Shown: positions 1-11,895 of the stretch, one piece after another | How positions within the stretch are numbered: position 1 is the stretch's first letter | Layout: the number at the start of each line of letters is the position of its first letter | DNA from: Saccostrea cucullata | Lineage: Eukaryota | DNA: 64,000 nt | NCBI RefSeq assembly: GCF_032062105.1 | Contig: NW_026930622.1 | Span: 310,001 to 374,000, forward strand | Direction of reading: 5' to 3' | Program-made: the position numbers and the translations under genes | The notes under the pieces: generated by a model | The model's input: the letters and a program-made list of their open reading frames with translations, nothing else | What the model was told of the DNA's origin: nothing | The model's database searches: none

Positions 1-17
1 ATCTTATAGTCACTTAC

Positions 18-906
18 ACTGGAAACTTGTGGGTGACATACACAGGATATTTCCATACAAGTTAATATAATTTGAGGATAGTGAATGCTGGAACCAGAGA
101 TCGTTACATGTGCAGTCCCAGTTGATCTCCGACATATTAATGGAACTGAGAGATGTCAAACCACTAAACAAGTCGAAGGAAACCTTGGTAAATTTGTTCC
201 TTGAAAGGTTGATTGTCTGTAGAGCGGTATTAGAGGAAAACATACCACTGGTGAGATTAACCAGATTAGCATTATCCACTGTGATGGATACCACGGTGGT
301 GATGGGAGAGAAGAAATTGGCGGCCAATTCTCCGCTGGTCAGCTGGGCATTTTGGATGGTAAAACCTCCGATTGGGTTGGGGACGTTGGCCAGCTTTTGG
401 ATCGTCAGTCCAGCAAGACTTGATGCATCAGTTGAGGCGATGATCCCTCTATCGATCTGGAGATAATCCAACTGCATCCCATTGAATACATTTGCTGGAA
501 TTCCGTTGTTTAGGTTGCAGCCGGTTAGCCTTAATTCCTGAATGTATGTCATGTCGGTAAATGAGGTTGTAGCAAGCCCCAGTGTTCCTCCTGTTGCGCA
601 AGAAATCTCCAGAGAAGCCTTGAAGTTTGTGTCAAACGTTGAAACATCATAGGCACCAAAACCCGAGAAAACGCTGGCACTTACCAAGTTACCATTGAAG
701 AAGGTAATTTTCAATCTTTGTGGATTTGGATTTGAAAAGGATCCTAGTGCCACTGGGAACGTTGCATTTGTAAAGTCACAAGTGTACACACCAACTGGTT
801 TTGTATATTCTTCGTAGGTACATCCAGAAGGGTGTGTAGCTCCGTAACACAGAGACTGAAATGCCAAAAAACAAATTATTCTTAAAATCATTTTCCTATC
901 TGTCAT
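18..906 (-). CDS. LRR type I membrane protein paralog 1, first coding exon only (remaining exons lie left of the window)
   Basis: ATG at 906 and a hydrophobic signal peptide. Family motifs PSGC..YTC, PNPQRLKI, FSGF and LEISC. Canonical LRRs (LQTINLSRNKFTKV, LSSINMSEI) and LRRCT (WDCTCNDLWF..ILC). Phase-1 donor GTAAGT at 17-12 on the - strand, at the same position as in the paralogs. Confidence 0.9.
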
Positions 907-1834
907 TTTTTAAGCAAAGGGAGTCTTTCTGTTAAAGATGGGTTTCGAAGTCGACTTAATTTTTTTTCACTGAGAATTCGATGACCGGAATAAATAAGGA
1001 CCTCCCCTTTCAGTGTGTATTTTAAAAGACCGAATTTAACATTCTTTCATAAATGTTTCTGATCATTATTTGCTTTTGAACTTAATATATAAAGTCATAA
1101 AATAGTTGTTGACACAACAGATATTTGGCATGACAGAGGACTTAAACTACTTAGAATGACTTCCATGTGACAAACTGCAAACTGAAAAAATTATTAAATT
1201 TATGTACATGTTAATTACAGAATATTTAAAGACAGCAAAATGAATTTAATAGTAGAAAACCATTGAACTTTTATCAAGATAATTCAAAGCAAGTTAATCA
1301 TTTTAATAATTTTGTTGGACAATCCTCGCGATGAAATTAATCAAGATGATTTAAAACAAGTTAGCATCTCTTACTACATTTTGTATATTGGCGATGAAGT
1401 TAAATGTGTAATATCATTTGCTTAAAACACAGTGCATGCTTCAAATACATGTCAACTTTCAAAAATAAAAGTAAAAACAAAATAAATAAAAACAAAAATT
1501 AAGGAAAATGACAGTTAAAAGAACTTATCATTTAAAAGTAAACAAAGTAAGTATTTCGTTTGTTCACAAGGATACAATAATCACCAAATTAAACATAACC
1601 CACATTGACACATCAAACCTAACTTATCGTGTATTTGATCATTTTCTTAAAATACCTAGATCTAATTCTTTATAAAAACATATAGCACACAGGTATTATC
1701 ACATTGAGGAACGGTGAATATTTAAACACCTGAATATAAGTATCGAAAGGTGAAGGTTCTAAGACAAGTAACTACCAAAAGATGTGAGCAGAAAGTTAAG
1801 CAATAGGAAAACTACTTCAAGAAAATTGACCATC

Positions 1835-3141
1835 ATGTCTTCCTTACTATTTGTGATAATAGGGCTCTCTATTGGAATAGTGTCGTCTGCAACTGCTCCG
1901 AGTGGATGTACTTATGATACTTCGACGTCCTCCATGGGACTTTATATATGTGATTTCGCCTCAATAACTCTTCCACTAGAATACGTGAATTTCAGCAATC
2001 CCGAACCTCAACGTTTGGTGATTTATGACGTCACTGGAGACATTTCCGCATCACAACTCTTTAATGGTTTCAGCGCCTTCAACTATACAGCTGTGAATGG
2101 AGATTATACAAATTATTTAGAAATTGGCTGCAAAACAGGAGGAACATTACAAATATCCAGCACGACATTTACTGACCTGAACTTTATCAATGAATTTAAA
2201 ATGGTTGGATGCAATTTCAACAACGGTCTTCCGAGCAGCGCGTTTTCTACATTTGTAGAACTAGATTCGTTGACAATAGAAGGTGGAACAATAGCATCAA
2301 CAGAGTCAGATACATTTTCTGGATTAAATATCACCAAGATCTCTGGAGTTCCCAATCCTCAAGGAAAGCTCGCCATCAAAAACGCAAACGTGGGGACGAA
2401 TTTCTCCTCTGGGTTCTTTGATCTTCTTCCAATGGTTAACGCCATTGACATCAGCGGTTGCGGGATTACGACTATTGATGCCACCACTTTTCCGTACAAC
2501 AATAAAGTTTCTTTACTGAATCTGGCGAATAGCAATTTAACAACTTTACCAAAGACATTTCTACAAAACATGACATCACTAGTGGAAGTTGACGTTTCTG
2601 GAATTGCCTGGGATTGCTCCTGTGACAATCTTTGGTTTCTTGACCACTTTTCCGCGTACCGCATGCGCATGAAGGGAAGCATCCTTTGCAGTGGCGGTCA
2701 AAGAGCAGCCCAATATTTCGGCGAACAGTGTAGAAGCACAGACGTCTGCAACAGTATACCAGGTAATGATCGAAATAAAAAAAATCTTTTCTTTTTTTTC
2801 AATGCAGAACTTGACAGTCTTCTGTATATTTGTTTTTCGTTTGATTTTTAGGTATCGCCATAGGAATAGACTGCTTTGAATGGTATCAGATTATCTCATA
2901 CGTGTTCACCTCTGTGTCTTTCGTACTCGCCTGGATTGCCTTTGTGGTCGTCGTCATCTATCGCAGATCTATGTACAAGAACGAAAAGGAAATCGAAACT
3001 AGGAAACGAGAGAAGGCTATCAGAGTCTTGGAGGCGCTGAAACGAGGAGGAGGAGGGGGACAGAAGGCGCCACCTAAAGCCAATATGATGTGGGCTGTCA
3101 CGGATCAGTCCGAGAACACAGAAATCAAGAAGGCGCTATAA
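1835..3141 (+). CDS. LRR type I membrane protein paralog 2 (2 exons: 1835-2762, 2852-3141; 405 aa)
   Basis: ATG 1835 starts signal peptide MSSLLFVIIGLSIGIVSS. LRRs and LRRCT WDCSCDNLWF. GT..AG intron 2763-2851 joins in frame to GIAIGIDC, TM helix (IISYVFTSVSFVLAWIAFVVVVIY) and basic tail. Spliced length 1218 nt. Confidence 0.9.
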
Positions 3142-4095
3142 ACATTTGTGGATGATATTGTTTATGTATCATTTAATTTATTTATTAAAACATACAGTAC
3201 AAAAAAAAAATGATTATTTCTTATAAAGTATTTTATGGAGAGAAAAAAATTATTTTATTTTTGTACAAGGAAAGAACAAACTTTGTCATGTAAATCATTA
3301 GAAAAGCTTACACATTTGTCTTATAGGTGACTACATGTGTAGTACTAATAGTATGTGGTTTGACAAAAGCTTAGATCATTCACTAGAAAGGTTTAACTGA
3401 TACGATACCCTGACAGTTTATCTGTGTTATGATATCTCATGGTCAACCAGTTTTATGAATTTTTATGGTATGTGCCATTAGGTGAGAAGATCACTGATAA
3501 TCTATTGTCTCAAACCACGGTTAGCAATCCTCACATAGGTCTCTCCTACAACGGGAGAACATTTTGGCCGTGGGTTTGCCACGATACTGATAATCTGTAA
3601 AGGATTTTTTTTTACAGATAATTCTAAATAGAAAATTAAAAGCTTGAAATACTTAATTTGCATAACATGATAAAAGCTGTACAACATCTGGTAGAACCAT
3701 TGGTTAAGCACTAAGTACACTATTCAATGCACCAGGTACATAAACATGTTTCAGGTAAACTTTTAAAAAAGAAACATGTACCTTTGACTTGACGTATAAT
3801 CTAGGGAACATAGTGACATTAACCAAGGCTATTTATGAGTACGTACATTTTATCATAATTTTAAACAGAGGTTCGAAATATCTCTTTCATTGCTATTTTG
3901 TATAATCTAGCTAGAATAAATTCAACTCATGTATCTATTTAAAATCACAAATGCTAGTTTTTAAATCATAATTCCTTGCAAAAACTTAGCCGGGGGTGTG
4001 GGGTGTTGTTTCAATGTTATTTACTAGTATTTTGATACATAAAAGAAGTTTGTCTTGATTAAAAAAAAAAAATTGTCAGCCGCCGGATTGTTCCG

Positions 4096-4168
4096 TGCCG
4101 GAACCCGGGATCGAACCGGGGGCCTTTAGATCTTCAGTCTAACGCTCTCCCAACTGAGCTATTCCGGC
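4096..4168 (-). tRNA. trnF-GAA: tRNA-Phe (GAA)
   Basis: Reverse complement GCCGGAATAGCTCAGTTGGGAGAGCGTTAGACTGAAGATCTAAAGGCCCCCGGTTCGATCCCGGGTTCCGGCA folds as a full cloverleaf. A and B boxes are intact and an oligo-T terminator lies ~23 nt downstream. Confidence 0.95.
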
Positions 4169-4472
4169 TGACGTTAATATCAAAATGACGTCAAAACAGA
4201 TGCATCACCACAGAAAAATGAACATACGAGTTGTAAATAGTACACTGTTTTAAATGTATTCAATGGAAATAGCTTTATAATCTCAGTCAGAATCAAATCA
4301 TTCTGCTAGACAGCAGAGCATATGGTTCCTTACTGCAGATCTGATGTCTGATCCTTAAAAATATATCTCTAAAGCCTAAATTTCTAAGGTTATACAATAT
4401 TATCTTGTATACATTCTCTTTTTGAAAATAACATTAGCAACGTTGTTTTGAACTAAAATTTCTTGTTCTCTG

Positions 4473-6797
4473 TTTATTAAGGTCTTCCGTTTCAGACGGA
4501 AGACCTTATAGTGATTCTACTGTTTTTTCTTATTATTATTCTTATTATTATTTTTTTCCCCAAATCTTGTCGGCAGGATTTCTCAGAAATGGCTGGACGG
4601 ATTTTCCTGAAATTTTCAGGGATGATGAAGAATAAAATTACCCCGAGAACTTTTTTTCATTTTTTCAAAATTCACTTCCGGTCGTCAGATATGTCCGATT
4701 TCCGCTTTTTTCAAAAATATTTAATCCGAGTGAGATCTCAGAAACGGTAAGAGATTAAGGCACCAAATTTACAGGGATGATAGATCTTGATAAGTAGGCA
4801 AATCCAATTGGGTTAAGGTTGTCCGCCGTCACTTCCGGTCGTCACAGGAAGTGTTCTTAAATATCGAAAATTTCAACTTTTCTTTTTTGAAAGTTTTTTA
4901 GCATCAGATTATAGCATTTTACTCGTAGTTTCGAAATATGTCAGTCCCACCGTAAACAAAAACGACAACTTCCGGTTATAAGAGAAAAACTGCATATTTT
5001 CAGTATTTTTCTTTCCCATCAATATTTTTTATAGATGAAGTTTTCGAAATGATTTTTAGAAGTGTTATTCAGACTGCAAATGACTACAGTAACGTCAAAT
5101 ATCTTTGGAAAATTCACTTCCGGTCGCGTGATTTCCTGTCCTCAAAATGAATAGTTCTGATAGCTATATCACTGAAACGGTAAGAGATGTAGACACCAAA
5201 CTTTTAGGAGTATTATATCTTGACAAAAAGGGAAAAACATTTGGGTTAAGATTGTCCGCCGTCACTTCCGGTCGTCACAGGAAGTGGTCAAAAAATCGGA
5301 AATTTCATCTTTTCTTTTATGGAACGTTTATTGCATCACATTATAGTGCTTTATTTGTAGTTTCAAAATATATCAGCTCCACCGGAAACAAAAATGACAA
5401 CTTCCGGTTATAAGAGAAAAACTAAATAATTTGAATATTTTTTTTCCAATATATATTTTTTATAGATAAAGTGTTTGCAACTGTTTTGGATATGTTATTT
5501 CAGACTGCAAATGTCTACAGTAACATCAACTATTTTTTTTAAAATTCACTTCCGGTTGCCTGTGATTTCCTGTCCTCAAAATGAGAAATTATTATAGTTA
5601 GATCTCTTAAACAGTAAGAGATTAAGACACCAAACTTTGACAAGTGGTATATGCTGATGAGTTAGCAATTCCATGGTGGATAATCTCGTCTGTCGTCACT
5701 TCCGGTCGTCACAGGAAGTGATCAAAGAAGTCCAAAAATTCAACATTTCCTTATGGAAACTTTTTTTTATCACACAATAGCATCTTATTTGTAGTTTTGA
5801 AAAAAGTCAGTAACACCGAAAACAAAGAAGACAACTTCCGGTTATAAGAGAAAAGCTTCATAATTTGAGTATTTTTCTTTCCAGTAAATATTTTTTATAG
5901 ATGCAGTATTTGTAATGATTTTTGGATATGTTATTAAGACTGTAACTGTCTTAAGTAACGCCAAATATCTTTATAAAATTCACTTCCGGTTGTGTGATTT
6001 CCTGTCCTCAAAATGAGAAGTTATCATATCTAGATCTCGTAAACGGTAAGAGATTAAGACACCAAACTTTTACAAGTGGTAGATCTTGATGTGTAGGCAA
6101 AACTAGTCAGGAAAAGATTGTCCACCGTCACTTCCGGTTGTCACAGGAAGTGAACAAATGAATAAAAACTTTTCTTATGGAATCTTTCTTAGGAATACAT
6201 TATAGCATCTTTTTTGTAGTTTTGAAATATGTCAGTCCCACTGGAAACAAAATGGACAACTTCCGCTTATGAAAGAAAAACTGCATAAATTTAGTATTAT
6301 ACTATACCATAAATATTTTTGATAAGAAGAGCATTAGAAATGATTTCAGGACATGTTATTTAGACTGAAATATCTAGAGTAACCTCAAATATCTTTTCAA
6401 AAATTTACTTCCGGTCACGTGATTATTTGTCCTCAAAATGAGAAGATAATATTACGAGATCTCTTAAACTGCAACAGATCAAGACACTTAACTTAATATG
6501 AATAAAACAACATGAAGATAGGGGAAAAAATATAGGGTAAAATGCGTACGCCGTTCCTTCTGGTCGTCACAGGAAGTGATAAAAAATTGAAAATGATTTT
6601 TGTACATGTTATTAAGACTATAACTGTCTAAAGTAAAGTGAAGAATCTTGGTAAGTTACACCTCCGGCTGTTTGTTTTCCTACAATCATTAAAAATATTA
6701 TATGCCTTTTTAACATAGATTAAAGCTCATTCATGTAGATAAATAGAGGAGAACGGAAGACCTTCTTTGTTGCTGTAGCAACAAGAGTTTCTAGTTT
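4473..6797 (+). mobile_element. Non-autonomous Helentron-associated (HINE/pearl-like) element with ~433-bp internal tandem repeats
   Basis: 5' palindrome AAGGTCTTCCGT-TTCAG-ACGGAAGACCTT, then a (TTA/TTC)n microsatellite. About 5 core units carry GTCACTTCCGGTCGTCACAGGAAGTG at ~4828, 5261, 5695, 6127 and 6552. 3' subTIR ACGGAAGACCT is followed by hairpin TTGTTGCT-GT-AGCAACAA and CTAGTT. Confidence 0.8.
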
Positions 6798-7536
6798 CAA
6801 ATTTCCAATTATTGAAGGGCCTTTTAGTGATTTAACGTTGCCGGATAATGCTGTGTACCTCCTCTAAATCAAAAGTTTGGGAAATACAAGCTTAAACTAT
6901 ACCGGTATTTACGCTAATTTTTACTTTAGAAAATATTTTTATTTTCAACATTTTATATTTAGTCAAAACTCCTGATAATATATGATTATTTTCTTATGGA
7001 ATAACATTTTAATATTGAGAAATTCATAGAAAATTATCGATGGGAAAGATACATTGTAGAGTTTGTGTACATGTTCGTGCGTATGCCCTTAAACAAATAT
7101 AAAATTAATACTAATGTAAATAGGAAATTAGATGTACTTTGCTACTGCATATTCTAGACGTGGTGTAAATCAACCATTGATTATGAAAACTCACATAAAT
7201 CTGAAGAAGACTTAAAATTAAAAAAAAAAACTTTCTAGCCACCGCACCACGCGACCGGCGAGTGAAGTTTCGTACGTGAACATTCAGAAAGAATTCCAAA
7301 TGCACGTGTCACTTGTTATTTTTTACCAAACTGGCTGACAGAAGAAAAAAAGATTTTTAATTTCCACCAAAATCGTCGCTGAGTCAGTCCGTACAAAATA
7401 TCGAACAAAGTAAGTCACGATAGAGTAGCCTTGAAGTTTTGAGAATGCTTCTGGCTCGTGTCCTCAGCAGTTTCTTGTTTTATTGTTGCTCTAAGGTCTT
7501 AAAGAGTCAAAAGATACTCAGCCAATCAAACTAAGC

Positions 7537-7935
7537 AATCAATTTCTAAAACGAGGTAAATTACTAACAAACAAGTTGATGAAACAAGAATATCAGCAGT
7601 CTCGTTTAAAGTCATCATTTCGTAAGTTCTATGGTCGATACAATGCCCTTGTCAGCAAATACAATTTATCATTGAGTCAAATGCTGACTGACGTTTTTCA
7701 AACCAATTGTTAGTCCATTATTTATACACTGAATTGACGACGGATTTTTATCCGTTATTTCCCGATCATAAGGATCACACGGCGGGTGTGACTGGTCGGC
7801 AGGGGATGCTTACTCCTCCATGGCACCTGATCCCACCTCTGATGTTTTGGAGGTCCGTGTTTGCTCTGCTCCTGTTTTGTATTGCTTTATGGACTTTTGA
7901 TTTTGAATACTGTTCGTTATCTCAATATCTTTCAT
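7537..7935 (+). mobile_element. 3' fragment of a Penelope-like retroelement (RT C-terminus plus conserved GC-rich 3' module)
   Basis: 7537-7713 translates NQFLKRGKLLTNKLMKQEYQQSRLKSSFRKFYGRYNALVSKYNLSLSQMLTDVFQTNC*. It is followed by CACGGCGGGTGTGACTGGTCGGCAGGGGATGCTTACTCCTCCATGGCACCTGATCCCACCTCTG, which recurs elsewhere in the window. Confidence 0.7.
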
Positions 7936-9356
7936 TATAAGCGCATGGTCTCCAGTTTAGAAGTTAGGAATAATATAATAACTGTTCAATAAAGTTTATC
8001 CTTTGGCTCATTGGAACATATTTTTCTTTTCAAAAAATTCTAAAGCCTCTGTTGTCATGACCTTTTCTTCTTACTTTTTGTAAAACCATTGAATTTATTT
8101 TGTTCATTGACATGAGTTGTCTCTCTTTAAGCAGTAACTGTTAAGGTGGAATGCCACACCAACTTTTTATTTTATAAATCTTTGAGTCATCGTTTTTAAA
8201 CAATAGTTTCAGCATTGAAAGGGCGATATTAGCTCTTAATTATTTCATATACATTTTTTTGTATTTTTTCAAAGAAAATGCTTAGAAAACGTAAGATTTT
8301 TCAGACTATGTGATTTGACCCTCCAATGTTCAGTGTGTAGACGGACTCTGTAAGAAAATATATATACCTTGTACTATATTTTTTTCAGAGGACATTGAAA
8401 TATATTTACTTTGACCTTTAATTGGGCAATATAAATTATGGTTAATGATCACAATACATTATTTGACCTTTATTTTAGTAATATAAATTTTGGTCAAGGT
8501 CACAATATATTCTTTTCCTTAGGAAAAATTTTGACCAAAGTCGCAAAGCTACAAATAGACACTTTACAAATAATCATTTAAATCTGCAGGAAAATGCAAA
8601 ACAAAATGCAGAAAAAGAATCTACCTGTAGAATTTTTTACCTTGGCCTCTGAGTTTGAAATGATTTTCAAGGTCACTGCACATTACCATGGGAACAACAT
8701 GAAGTTTGAAACATATGAACGAGAAACAGTCATTGGAGAGTATGTGGAAAAGGCAGATACTCGATGGACAAACGAATACTCAGTAATATATAATTGTCTT
8801 AGAAAATGAAAGGAATCGAAATCTCGAAATCGTGTAACTTGTTAAAGATATCTGTGCTAATTTTATTCTAACTCTCCTTTTATTGAAGGAGCCAGAGGCT
8901 GAAAAACACCATTTATAAATACTACTTCATAAAATTTATTTTTTCTGAAAAAAATTGCACATTTGGCTTTCTATTTTTCTATGTCAATTACAAAAAGACA
9001 TCGATACATAAAATTCCATTATTTCATAATTACAGGTATAAATTAAAAGTGTTAGTAATTATGAAATATTAATCATATTTATTTCAGTCAAAGAATATAT
9101 GTGAGGCAAAATTAAATAATCTAAGATTAACCTTAATGTTTAATTAAAAGTTCCACGGCTCATAACTGCCCTGAAAATTAAAGTCCATTTGATCGTTAAT
9201 CTGTTTTTGGTTCGAAAAGGATTACCTGCTAGATGCAGTAAGACCTGAATTGTTATTGGCATTGGATTTGAAAGATATAACGACTGAAATTGGAAGGAAC
9301 ACAGGCAGGGGAGAACCATGTGAAAGCCTACTGAAGACTAAAATTAACTACCGAAC

Positions 9357-10753
9357 ATGAGGAGTTTAGTGTTTTTAGCATGTTTTGTGACTCTTTACTA
9401 TTGCCTTGTTGATGCTGCACAACCGACGGGATGCAGCTACAGCACGGAGACTGGATCACGTGGTCTGTACACCTGCGATTTCGCGGTAATGACCCTGCCC
9501 GTAACCTACAGTGCCTTCACTAACCCAATACCCCAGCGTCTCAAGATAAGGAACATCAACGGCAACTTACCAGTGTCATCCCCAACTAAGTCCTTCAATG
9601 GATTCGGAAGTTATTCAACAGGTAGTCATGACTCGGACTTCACATCCTACCTAGAACTCGAATGCTCCACCGGAAGTCCCTCGGGACAAGCCATCATTTC
9701 AATGGGAACGTTTTCACAGATGACGTACCTTGAAGAACTACATATAAGAAATTGCAGACTAACAAATGGTCTGCCGGAATATATATTTGCCGATTTCAAA
9801 AGTCTGAACATACTAACTATTGAAGGAGGCTCTATTGATGCAATGGCTGCAGATGCCATGGCTGACTTTAACATCACTGTATCTACATCGTTAACCAAAT
9901 CGAGAGGTATTCTGAACTTCACAAACGTAGCTATCGCAGGAGGATCGATTACCAGTGGATTTTTCTACCACCTGAAAACTGTAGACACTATAATTCTAGA
10001 CAACAATGGTTTGACTACATTGGAAACCGCCATGTTTTCTCAGAACACCAGGCTCCAGCGACTCATTATCAGGAACAACCCTATCACCTCTTTCCCGAAC
10101 AACATGTTTTCTGGCCTGGATTCTCTGTTGTATGTGGAGCTGAGCGGGATGAGTCTGACGTGTTCCTGTGAAAACGTCTGGTTCATCAAACACTTTGTTG
10201 ACCACAACATCACTCTAGGGGATGGAGCTCTTTGTTCAATGAGTACGAATGGTAAGGGTTTCCAAGAACCAAACTAATGTCTGTTTTGCAAGATAATAAA
10301 ATTTTAAACTTATGTACATAAACTTTTATAATATTTTTCAGCTAAAAATGCAGAGAAGTATTACTTTGAAAACTGTGTGACCTACGATATTTGCGACGGG
10401 ATACCAGGTAAAACGTTTTACTATATATGCTTAAAAATATTCATTAGTTGATACAAATATTCTTTTACCTATTTTCTTAAAACATGTATTGCATAGGTCT
10501 CATCGTCGGCGACTCCTGTCATCACTGGTTCAGAATCCTGTTTGTCCTCTTACTTATCATCGCTATAATCCTCACTATCCTCGTCCTTATCCTCCTCATC
10601 CATACGCGGAAGAAGCTGATGTCAAAACACGACAAGCTCAGAGCCAAGCAGACGGAGAAGTGGTCAAAGATACAACAGGTGCTTAACTCACAGGCGGTCA
10701 CTAAACAGAAGCCACCAGCAGCCACACTACCACCAAAGGGGGTCGCAAGGTGA
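9357..10753 (+). CDS. LRR type I membrane protein paralog 3 (exons 9357-10251, 10342-10407, 10497-10753; 405 aa)
   Basis: Signal peptide, PTGC..YTC, PIPQRLKI, LRRs (VDTIILDNNGLTTL, LQRLIIRNNPITSF) and LRRCT. Mini-exon encodes AKNAEKYYFENCVTYDICDGIPG, then a TM exon. Both introns are GT-AG phase 1; spliced length 1218 nt. Confidence 0.92.
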
Positions 10754-11499
10754 CCACCACCGACAAACGTTCTGTTGACAGTGATTGAGGACATAACTCG
10801 ATCAGAATCAATTTTTGTTTTACGTTAAAATAACGGTTATAAACAGTTGAATTTCTTATTGTGTTGATATTGTTATTGAAATATTCGTTATTGATTTATA
10901 GTCTTATATGAACTGTATAAGCACAAGCTTGAATATGTGGAATATATCAGATTTGAATTTATATGGAAAGTTCGCTGAGAAATAAAATAAAGAACAAATC
11001 TCTGAAGGCTTCAATAATTTATTTTAGTCACCAATTTTATTTTGAAAATCAATAATCATATTAATAAATTGAAAGTTTATATTGTATGTTCAGCTTTCCT
11101 AGCAAAATTTCATATGAACTAAGAAGTATGGAATTTGATAGTCCATAAACTCAACTCTGCAATTAGCGGCTTTAACATAAATACAGTAAAACTCGGTTTT
11201 ATTGAAGTCCTGTACACTTAGTCATTTCCGTAATTCGTTATACCCGTATTACAAATCTGTCAAGTCCTTACATACACATTATCATCCACTTTCCAGTTAC
11301 ACAATAAATAAGCTTATTTAAGTATCAAATACAAAAAACTTGTTAGAGCAATGCATCACAGACAGCTGCGTTTTAAATTAATATAAAAATTGAACTTGCA
11401 AACTTACAAACCTTGTGAATGTCACTGGTTATTTGTAAAATTATTTTTAAAACGTACTAATTAATACAGAATAATCCTGAAGTTGATATTAAAAGATGC

Positions 11500-11890
11500 C
11501 AGGGTTTCTGATTGACAGCAGTATCTGTCGGAATCCCCATGGGTACCACTATCGCACTGTTATTAGCAAACCTATCTTTGTTTTCATATGAAGCAAAATT
11601 TAATCAAAAAAATACACGAGAAGAAAAAAAAACATTTGCAGCCTTGATCTAGAGATACATCGACTACGTATTATCGCTTAACAATTGTTTTATCCCAAAG
11701 AAATTGAAATATTAAAAGATACCACAGGTTTCGACAGATCTGTTTCATATTTAGTTTTATTTACTAGAAAAAAGACGTGGTAACCTAAAAAAATCAAACT
11801 TTATGTTATGAAACGGAATGACTTAAACTTTTCTATTTTTAACTTGCTTTAGTTTCATGCATGGTGTAATATACCCGGATCACTTGCGTA
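11500..11890 (+). pseudogene. Decayed reverse transcriptase of a Penelope-like retroelement
   Basis: Translates to SVGIPMGTTIALLLANLSLFSYEAKF and RYIDYVLSLN, degenerate forms of the GIPMGT..APLLADLFL and YIDD RT motifs. Frameshifts and stops are present. Confidence 0.7.
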
Positions 11891-11895
11891 ATGCA

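Noticed and set aside
1784-2851. ORF-track N- and C-terminal extensions of the LRR ORFs (GTG starts at 1784 and 17352; read-through past donors)
   Set aside because: In-frame ATGs directly precede the signal peptides, and conserved GT-AG splice sites explain the true ends.
7707-7940. Small 'VTGRQGMLTPPWHLIP' ORFs (also 13819-14103 and 44111-44461) as a peptide family
   Set aside because: They are translations of the repeated non-coding 3' module of the retroelement; starts and frames are not conserved.
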